From an uncultured Clostridium sp. (GTDB lineage Bacteria > Bacillota_I > Bacilli_A > RF39 > UBA660), in NCBI GenBank assembly GCA_902493795.1, contig CABUQZ010000009.1, forward strand, positions 3,329-67,328: DNA of 64,000 nucleotides. The letters run 5' to 3'. The notes under the pieces are model-generated. The model did not search any database, was not told the DNA's origin, and saw nothing but the letters and a program-made list of their open reading frames with translations. The translations under genes and the position numbers were made by a program. Positions 57,759-64,000 of this stretch are shown in pieces (the stretch's first letter is position 1; the number at the start of each line of letters is the position of its first letter).

Positions 57759-58391
57759 ATGAAATATGGATATAAAGGAGTAGAATTAAAAGATTTAATT
57801 GAAAAGTATGAACATAATGTTTCAAATAATACAATAAAAATTACATTCTTAGATGATTCTAGTTATGAAGTACCTTTTACAGAAGAAAATGAACAATTAA
57901 TATTAGATAAGATGCTTGAGCAAGCAAAAGCAAGAAGTGAAAGCGAAGCTCTACAAAATGCTATACAAAAAAGAAGAATAGATTTTCCTTTGATGATGCT
58001 AAAGGTTTCAGCTCTTATGATAAATAGTGCTAATAATAGTGGAGCAAATTCAAAAGAGTCAAAAATAATTTATAGCGTATTGGAAGGTCTTATTGCTGTA
58101 ACAATTGTATTAGATGGTGTAGAACTTAAATTTATAAGTGATGAAATAAAAGAATTGAAAAAATACGATATATATTTAGCAATTAAAGACAAATTAGAAA
58201 GCAAAATAAATTGTGATACATGTAATATGACTGATAGTAACTTAAGTACTTTAAATATCAACACATTAGATAATTATTCTCTAGGAGAAATTAAAAGAAT
58301 AAGAGATAATTTAGATAAAGATGAAAAATGGGGACAATACTTTAACAAACCTAATCAAGACAAAGTATTAGCTAAAAGACGTGGTAGATAA
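57759..58391 (+). CDS. Hypothetical 210-aa protein, tandem paralogue 1 (central hydrophobic segments)
   Basis: GGAGTGATAT RBS. Alignable over its full length with 58556..59188: shared M(K/N)YGYKG, ENEQ..LDKMLEQAKARSES, KELKKYD.YL.IK, LNINTLDNYSL.EI.RI and KWG.YF....KVLAKR.GR. Confidence 0.65.
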   Translation: MKYGYKGVELKDLIEKYEHNVSNNTIKITFLDDSSYEVPFTEENEQLILDKMLEQAKARSESEALQNAIQKRRIDFPLMMLKVSALMINSANNSGANSKESKIIYSVLEGLIAVTIVLDGVELKFISDEIKELKKYDIYLAIKDKLESKINCDTCNMTDSNLSTLNINTLDNYSLGEIKRIRDNLDKDEKWGQYFNKPNQDKVLAKRRGR

Positions 58392-58406
58392 TTTTACCAC
58401 TTTTTT
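58381..58406 (+). terminator. Rho-independent terminator (stem includes the last codons)
   Basis: Stem gtggta ... taccac followed by tttttt. Confidence 0.6.
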
Positions 58407-58555
58407 ATTGGAAGGTCTTCTTATTTTAGCATTTAAGAAATATTTTTAGACTTAAACTACATAAGATTTTTTAAGAAACATCAATATAAAGATAATTGAA
58501 TAATTTAACAAAATATGGTATAATATCATCGCTTTTTTATGAGGAGTGATATTAA

Positions 58556-59188
58556 ATGAACTATGGATATAAAGGAGCTAAAGATGAAGATTTAATAAAA
58601 AATTATACTCGTGTACTACGAGATAATAAAATAGAAATCACATTTTTAGATGGTTCCACACATGAGATACCTTTATCAGCTGAAAATGAACAGGCATTGT
58701 TAGATAAAATGTTAGAACAGGCAAAAGCAAGAAGTGAAAGTAGCGCATTAAAAAATGCAGAACAAAACAGAAAGAATGCAATGAGTTCGGCTTTTTTAAA
58801 GGCGATAACTCTTATGATAACAGGTGCATTTTATAATGGAGTTGATTCAAATGCTATGAAAGAATTTTATGGTATTTTTGGAGGTGTTACAGCACTAGCA
58901 ATGACAATTCAAGGTGTTAGAGTTGCTTTAACAAGTAAAGAAATAAAAGAATTGAAAAAATATGATCTTTATTTATCTATTAAAGGAAGATTAGAAGAAA
59001 AAAATGAAAATAATCTATTTAATGGAATCGAAGGACATTTTGAAAGCCTAAATATTAATACTTTAGATAATTATTCTTTAAAAGAAATTGAAAGAATAAA
59101 AGCTTATTTAGATAAAGATAAAAAATGGGGAGATTACTTTAAAGAAAGAAATAAAACAAAAGTATTAGCAAAAAGAAGTGGTAGATAA
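58556..59188 (+). CDS. Hypothetical 210-aa protein, tandem paralogue 2
   Basis: See 57759..58391. Has its own extended -10 (tggtataat) and the same RBS context, ggagtgatat. Confidence 0.65.
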   Translation: MNYGYKGAKDEDLIKNYTRVLRDNKIEITFLDGSTHEIPLSAENEQALLDKMLEQAKARSESSALKNAEQNRKNAMSSAFLKAITLMITGAFYNGVDSNAMKEFYGIFGGVTALAMTIQGVRVALTSKEIKELKKYDLYLSIKGRLEEKNENNLFNGIEGHFESLNINTLDNYSLKEIERIKAYLDKDKKWGDYFKERNKTKVLAKRSGR

Positions 59189-59203
59189 TTCTATCATTTT
59201 TTT
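59179..59203 (+). terminator. Rho-independent terminator (homologous to that at 58381)
   Basis: Stem tggtag ... ctatca (one G-U pair) followed by ttttttt. Confidence 0.55.
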
Positions 59204-59246
59204 ATATCTATTATATGGTATAATAGAAAACTAAAAGGAGGCTAAT

Positions 59247-59726
59247 ATGTCTAAAGTGAGTAATATTTTAATAATGCTAGAATATTTAAGTACAGGAAAA
59301 AAATATAGTATTGCTGAATTAGGAGAAAAGTTAGAAGTATCTCCTAGAATGGTTAGAGTTTACAAAGATGAGTTAGAAAAAGCAGGAATTTATATTGAAA
59401 CAATTAAAGGTCCATATGGAGGATATGTATTAAATCAAAATATAAATGTTCCAAAAAGATTTATAACACCAAATGACATCAATATTGAAAATAAAGAACT
59501 ATATAACTTAATTAATAAAGCTATTAAAGAAAAAAGAAAGTGTTGTATAGAATATTACTCAAAAGAAAAAAAGGAAATATCCTCTAGGGTAATTCATCCT
59601 TACGATTTGATTCTACTAGGAAAAGAATGGGGAGTTGCAGCATATTGTGAGAAAAAACAAGAAATAAGACACTTTTATCTTAATCGAATTAGTAAAATTA
59701 ATTTATTAGAAAAATATTATAACTGA
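59247..59726 (+). CDS. Short HTH-WYL transcriptional regulator (159 aa)
   Basis: N-terminal wHTH (YSIAELGEKLEVSPRMVRVYKDELEKAGIYIE). C-terminal WYL-like pattern IEYYSKEKKEISSRVIHPYDLILLGKEWGVAAYCEKKQEIRHFYLNRI. Confidence 0.65.
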   Translation: MSKVSNILIMLEYLSTGKKYSIAELGEKLEVSPRMVRVYKDELEKAGIYIETIKGPYGGYVLNQNINVPKRFITPNDINIENKELYNLINKAIKEKRKCCIEYYSKEKKEISSRVIHPYDLILLGKEWGVAAYCEKKQEIRHFYLNRISKINLLEKYYN

Positions 59727-59791
59727 CATATATATTTCCTCTTAGTTTGTTAAAATAATTTCAAAAGTTCATATAAAAGGAGATATGTAGA

Positions 59792-60397
59792 ATGAAAAAA
59801 TTAACTTATGTAACAGGGAATTATGGAAAATATATTTCTGTAAAAGAAACATTCGAAAAAGAAGGAATAATAATCGATTATTATACTTGTGATTTAGATG
59901 AACCAGATGTTAATGACATCTCCATTATTTCTAGAGAAAAAGCAAAAGAATCATACGAAAAGTTAGAAAGTCCAGTATTTGTAGCTGATTCAGGATTTTA
60001 TATTGAAGACTATCCAAATAATCCTGGGTATCCTGGCGCATTTGTTAAAAGAAGTGGTGTTAGCACTAATATTGATAATCTTCTAGAAATAATGAAAGAT
60101 GTAAGTAATAGAAACTGCTATTTTCTTGATTGCCTTACTTTTTATGATGGAGATAATTATTATCAATTTTATGGAACGAGCAAAGGAACTTTGTCATACG
60201 AAAAGAAAGGACATAGTAATAAAAGAGCAAAGTCGAATTTATGGTATGTTTTTATTCCAGAAAACTATGAAAAAACACTAGCAGAGATGACAGACGAAGA
60301 AAGAAAAGAAAGAAGTCTTAATCATATATCTGCAACAAAAAAATTTGTAGATTGGTATAAAAATGAATATTTAAGCATAAAAAGACTAACAAAATAA
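59792..60397 (+). CDS. Divergent Ham1/ITPase-family (non-canonical NTP pyrophosphatase-like) protein
   Basis: Motifs YVTGNYGKYISVKE (TGN.GK..E), EKAKESY, VADSGFYIED..NNPGYPGAFVKR and LAEMTDEERKE. The canonical GFGYDP and SHR motifs are replaced. Confidence 0.6.
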   Translation: MKKLTYVTGNYGKYISVKETFEKEGIIIDYYTCDLDEPDVNDISIISREKAKESYEKLESPVFVADSGFYIEDYPNNPGYPGAFVKRSGVSTNIDNLLEIMKDVSNRNCYFLDCLTFYDGDNYYQFYGTSKGTLSYEKKGHSNKRAKSNLWYVFIPENYEKTLAEMTDEERKERSLNHISATKKFVDWYKNEYLSIKRLTK

Positions 60398-60467
60398 TCA
60401 ATTTTATATTATTATGTTATTAGAGGTTCTAATTATTGAAGAATCATATCAAAAGAAGGAGGATTAT

Positions 60468-61598
60468 ATGTCAATTATTGAATGGCTAAAAAATGAAGTA
60501 AAAAAAGAAGAGGAAAAAGAAGTACCTATTTTTTTAGAAGATAAGATTAATGAGTATCTTAGTTGGTACTATAAAAATATGGTAAAGGGAAAAACTAGTA
60601 AAGAAGAAGCGTACAGCACACTATCAACACTTCAAAATTTTATCGACAAAATGGCTATATGGTATGAATTAAGATATCCAGATTATGAAGTTAATAAAAT
60701 AATTCCATATAAAGAGCAAGAAGAAAAAAATGTCGATGAAGAAATGTTTGAAAATAACCCATATATTAACGAAGAATTAGAAGAGAATTCTCTAGCTAGA
60801 GCTATGAATTGGGATGAGTTTTACAATACAAGCGTTTTTGTAAGAGCACTTCCAGAAGAAGAAAAGAAGTTTTTAAAAAGACCACAATATCCAAAAAACA
60901 TATCTATAGAAATAAATGGAAAAAAATATTACATTTCTGCAAGTGGAATAGTACTTGATGAGAGATTATCAAATAAAATTACTTTATGTGATTGTGATGG
61001 AAGAACATTTGAGTTTGAAAATTTAAAAATCAAAGAATTACTTGAATTATTTAAAGTAGAACTTTTTGATGTATCAAAAAAATCAATTAAAGAAATAGAA
61101 AAAGCGGTAGAAGGATATAGAAAAGAAGAAAAAAGTAAAGAAGAGCTTTTAAATGCAGTTATGTATAGAATAATAGAACGTGGAGGACCTAAATTAGGTG
61201 CAAGAAGAGCATTTTTGTTTGCTAAAGAATTTGGAAGAGATATAGATGTTCCAATGATGTATGGTGTAGATAGTACTGATGCTTATCAAAGAACATTTAT
61301 AAATGAATATATAAAATCTGGTGGAAGCAAGAATTTAGATTGCTATGTTAACTATGGAAGAGATGGAAAAAGAAGAAAACTAGAAATAAAAACTATCGAA
61401 GAACTATTAAAAAGTAGAGAACTAAATACTAAAGAAAGCTATACAGAAGAAGAAAATGCTATACATCAAAGAATAGTAGATATCTTATCAAAGGGAATTG
61501 ATAAAGATAAATTAGAACAAGAAAAATTAGCAAAACAAAAAAGTGAAGCTAAGAGTCTAAGACTTGAAAGAAATTTAAATAAAAGTAGAAACAGATAA
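60468..61598 (+). CDS. Hypothetical protein (376 aa, Glu/Lys-rich)
   Basis: GGAGG RBS 5 nt before the ATG at 60468. No motif recognised. Confidence 0.55.
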   Translation: MSIIEWLKNEVKKEEEKEVPIFLEDKINEYLSWYYKNMVKGKTSKEEAYSTLSTLQNFIDKMAIWYELRYPDYEVNKIIPYKEQEEKNVDEEMFENNPYINEELEENSLARAMNWDEFYNTSVFVRALPEEEKKFLKRPQYPKNISIEINGKKYYISASGIVLDERLSNKITLCDCDGRTFEFENLKIKELLELFKVELFDVSKKSIKEIEKAVEGYRKEEKSKEELLNAVMYRIIERGGPKLGARRAFLFAKEFGRDIDVPMMYGVDSTDAYQRTFINEYIKSGGSKNLDCYVNYGRDGKRRKLEIKTIEELLKSRELNTKESYTEEENAIHQRIVDILSKGIDKDKLEQEKLAKQKSEAKSLRLERNLNKSRNR

Positions 61599-61604
61599 AA
61601 AAGT

Positions 61605-61638
61605 AAGGGAAAAAGCCTGTAAAAATGCTTTTTCCCTT
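61605..61638 (+). terminator. Hairpin terminator
   Basis: 12-bp stem aagggaaaaagc/gctttttccctt with a 10-nt loop. Overlaps the -35 of the tRNA-Ser promoter. Confidence 0.6.
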
Positions 61639-61665
61639 GACTTAAAATTTAATAATATGTATAAT
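61637..61665 (+). promoter_or_regulatory. Sigma-A-type promoter of tRNA-Ser (TTGACT-17-TATAAT)
   Basis: ttgact at 61637-42, 17-nt spacer, tataat at 61660-65. Confidence 0.7.
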
Positions 61666-61679
61666 GAATAAGTAGGCAT

Positions 61680-61770
61680 GGAGATATACTCAAGAGGCTG
61701 AAGAGGCGCCCCTGCTAAGGGTGTAGACCGGGCAACTGGTGCGAGGGTTCAAATCCCTCTGTCTCCGCCA
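61680..61770 (+). tRNA. tRNA-Ser (anticodon GCU), long variable arm, CCA encoded
   Basis: Acceptor GGAGATA/TGTCTCC, anticodon arm CGCCC-CTGCTAA-GGGTG, long variable arm TAGACCGGGCAACTGGTGC, T-arm GAGGG-TTCAAAT-CCCTC. Confidence 0.9.
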
Positions 61771-61780
61771 TATATGAATT

Positions 61781-61811
61781 AACCTTGAATTTTCAAGGTT
61801 TTTTATTTTTT
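61781..61811 (+). terminator. Rho-independent terminator after tRNA-Ser
   Basis: Stem aaccttg, loop aatttt, stem caaggtt, followed by ttttatttttt. Confidence 0.75.
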
Positions 61812-61838
61812 CAGGCGTTGTACGTTGGAGGTTTTGAA

Positions 61839-62918
61839 ATGACAATAGACCAAGCAAAACAAGAGTTAGTAAGAAGATATAGATTTTTATATGAAAATGC
61901 TTATTTTATATTAGCACCATATATGTATGAACAAAGTAAAGAAAAATTTGAAAATATGGTAAAAAAAGATACTAAAAAATATGGTAAAATTTCTTTTACT
62001 GAGCCACTAATTTATTTAAATATTGGCACTTTAGATGATATCAATTCTTTATTTGAGGAATTTTTATTATCAGATAAACCTATGGAAGAAAGCAAACTTT
62101 ATAAACTTGTTAATAGTAAAAGAAATGATAAGGAATATCTAGAACAAGTAAAAAAAGGTTTAGAGTTATTAGAAAAATTAAATACTAAAGAAGCTTGTAA
62201 TAAAGAAAATTTGTCTATATGGAAGATATTAAATGTAACAAGTGATTATATCATTGAACAATCAGGAGATTTAAAAAATAAGAAAAGAAAATTAAGTATT
62301 ATTGATGAGTACTATAGAATTGCTAGATATCAAAATGATGGAAAAATATATACAAGTGGAAGAGAGTTAACTTTACATGATGTTAGTTCTATTACAGTTG
62401 TGCCACTCCATCAAAGAGAACCTTTAAAAGATAAAAAAGACGTAGGAATAACAAATAATTCTTTCATAACGGCAATATCAAATGCTCCATTTTACAAAGA
62501 TAATAGGTCACTTTTTAGTGAAAGAGAAAAGCAACAAATTTATCTATATTATCACGATGAATTACCTTGTGATCTAGAAATTACTTGTACTATTGAAGAA
62601 CCATATAATAAAACAATGAAAGAAACAAGATTACATAGACCAGAAAATACTGAACCTTGTGAAAAAAAATTTATTATAAGAGAAGAAGAAATATTTGTTA
62701 ACCCAAGTGATAGATCATATAGATATTATCAGTTATGCCCACATTGTGGATTTATAGTAAATATTCCTAAAGAAATTTTGTCAGAAGGTATAAAACAAAG
62801 AATAGAAGATAGATGTATCAAAGATGATAAATTGTTTAGAAAAATGCTCCTTTATTCAGAGTTATTTAGTTTGGATAAAAACTCAAGCCAAGAACAAAAA
62901 AAATTACTAAAAAAATAG
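61839..62918 (+). CDS. Hypothetical protein (359 aa) with a C-terminal Cys pair (CPHCG)
   Basis: GGAGG RBS before the ATG at 61839. The track start at 61785 lies inside the tRNA terminator. YYQLCPHCGFIV near the C-terminus. Confidence 0.55.
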   Translation: MTIDQAKQELVRRYRFLYENAYFILAPYMYEQSKEKFENMVKKDTKKYGKISFTEPLIYLNIGTLDDINSLFEEFLLSDKPMEESKLYKLVNSKRNDKEYLEQVKKGLELLEKLNTKEACNKENLSIWKILNVTSDYIIEQSGDLKNKKRKLSIIDEYYRIARYQNDGKIYTSGRELTLHDVSSITVVPLHQREPLKDKKDVGITNNSFITAISNAPFYKDNRSLFSEREKQQIYLYYHDELPCDLEITCTIEEPYNKTMKETRLHRPENTEPCEKKFIIREEEIFVNPSDRSYRYYQLCPHCGFIVNIPKEILSEGIKQRIEDRCIKDDKLFRKMLLYSELFSLDKNSSQEQKKLLKK

Positions 62919-62943
62919 TTAATACTTACAAAGGAGAATTATA

Positions 62944-63438
62944 ATGTTTGGAAATAAAAAAGTATTAAAAGAAATAGAAGAAGCAAAACAACAATTAGAG
63001 GCGCAAAAACAGGAACTCTTATTTATTAAAGAACAACTAGAAGATTCAACACCAAAAGTTGATATTTCAAATATATATGTGTGGAAAGATAATGATTTAT
63101 ATAGTATTGTTAGGTTAGATGTTCAAAAGATTCATGGTAGAAATTGGAGCGGCGCAGGTGTAGAAACAGATGGATATTTATCTACTTTGATTGATATATT
63201 TACCAATAATATAGTGTATCAAAATAGATCTACTGAAAAAATAAGTAGAAAGCAATACATTTTAGGGAAAACCTTAGATGAAGGACGTTATGGTTACTTT
63301 ATTCCTTTACATGATGTTGATAGAAACTTACTAGCTTACATTAATAAAAAGGTACCTTTATATGTTTTACAACAACTTTATTATAGATTAAATAATGTTG
63401 ATGTAAATGCTTATGTATTAAAAAAGGAAAAATCCTAG
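62944..63438 (+). CDS. Hypothetical protein (164 aa, N-terminal coiled coil)
   Basis: AAGGAG RBS. No motif recognised. Confidence 0.5.
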   Translation: MFGNKKVLKEIEEAKQQLEAQKQELLFIKEQLEDSTPKVDISNIYVWKDNDLYSIVRLDVQKIHGRNWSGAGVETDGYLSTLIDIFTNNIVYQNRSTEKISRKQYILGKTLDEGRYGYFIPLHDVDRNLLAYINKKVPLYVLQQLYYRLNNVDVNAYVLKKEKS

Positions 63439-63599
63439 AACCGATTAAAAATTTTAAATTTTTAAATATTCTTTTTATAATCAAACGCATCCTATTTTAT
63501 TTGTTATAGGCAAAAAAATAATATTATTTATTAATCATCAATATCTTGAAAAAAGTAAACTTCTTATATATAATTATACTAGAATAAGGAGTGTATCTT

Positions 63600-64000
63600 A
63601 TGGATAAAAAGAATAACGAGAAAATCGAAAAAGAGGTTAATAAAGAACTTTATGAATTAAAAGGAAGAAAAAAGAAAAAAAGAAGAAAAGAAAAACCAGT
63701 TCAAGCATTTAAAGAAAAAGAAAAACTTTTTAAATCACAAAAAGTTAAATATATTGTTGAACTATCTGTTGTATTAATCTTTTCAATTATTATGCTTGTA
63801 TTATTATGTAATAGAACTTTCTTTAGAGAGGATTATAAAACAAGTAAGATATCATTAAATATCCCCTTATTAATGTTTTTTGAAAAAGATGACGGAAAAG
63901 AAATTGTTCTAAAGACACTAAGAAAATCAGACTATGTAAAAGATTTCTTTGATGGTGAATTAGAAAAAATGACAAGATATAAATGTGCAAACACAGTTTT
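63600..64000 (+). CDS. Hypothetical membrane protein, 3'-truncated by the window edge
   Basis: AAGGAG RBS before the ATG at 63600. Open frame to the window end: MDKKNNEK...KKKKRRKEK..., then TM IVELSVVLIFSIIMLVLL. Not in the ORF track because no stop falls within the window. Confidence 0.55.
   Translation, partial: MDKKNNEKIEKEVNKELYELKGRKKKKRRKEKPVQAFKEKEKLFKSQKVKYIVELSVVLIFSIIMLVLLCNRTFFREDYKTSKISLNIPLLMFFEKDDGKEIVLKTLRKSDYVKDFFDGELEKMTRYKCANTV

Noticed and set aside
56793-61770. tRNA-flanked integrative element or prophage
   Set aside because: No integrase, recombinase or phage structural genes, and no visible att-like duplication of a tRNA 3' end. Kept only as a low-interest 'variable region' finding.
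63439-63599. AT-rich near-palindrome ttaaaaattttaaatttttaa and other A/T runs in intergenic regions as regulatory elements
   Set aside because: At this base composition such low-complexity palindromes are expected by chance. There is no supporting repeat or conservation evidence within the window.

Overview
This is a strongly AT-rich chromosomal segment from a low-GC Bacillota-type bacterium. It uses genetic code 11, because TGA serves as a stop in ATGA gene overlaps. It is probably an endospore former: it carries an uninterrupted pro-sigma-K gene and a SpoIVFA/SpoIVFB-like pair downstream of radC-mreC-mreD. The backbone is housekeeping and mostly on the + strand: radC-mreCD, yqeG-yqeH, murF-ddl, topA, polA-mutM, murE, truB, a T-box-controlled hisS-aspS, pyk, lon and uppP. 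There are two stand-alone tRNA genes, Lys-CUU and Ser-GCU. No transposase, integrase, CRISPR array or rRNA was seen. Several accessory or unusual loci are interspersed. (1) Two paralogous giant repeat-rich, Cys-rich surface proteins at 1-7042. The complete copy (1032 aa) starts with a textbook type IV prepilin signal (KGFTLIEM). (2) Four tandem paralogues of a DUF3419/BtaA-like SAM-fold protein in an A-B-A-B arrangement at 26.6-30.2 kb. (3) A VanW / DltA-like / DltC-like operon with a divergent Sfp-type PPTase and no DltB/DltD. It is followed by a Wzy_C (O-antigen-ligase-like) membrane protein and a surface protein with an (ATNSN)x10 linker. (4) A 63-residue Cys/Asp/His tail on HisRS. (5) MurF with a polytopic membrane N-terminus. 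(6) Around the two tRNA genes, a stretch with a duplicated 210-aa gene unit, a mini HTH-WYL regulator, a divergent Ham1/ITPase-like gene and unknown genes. All family assignments come from motif recognition by eye; no searches were run.
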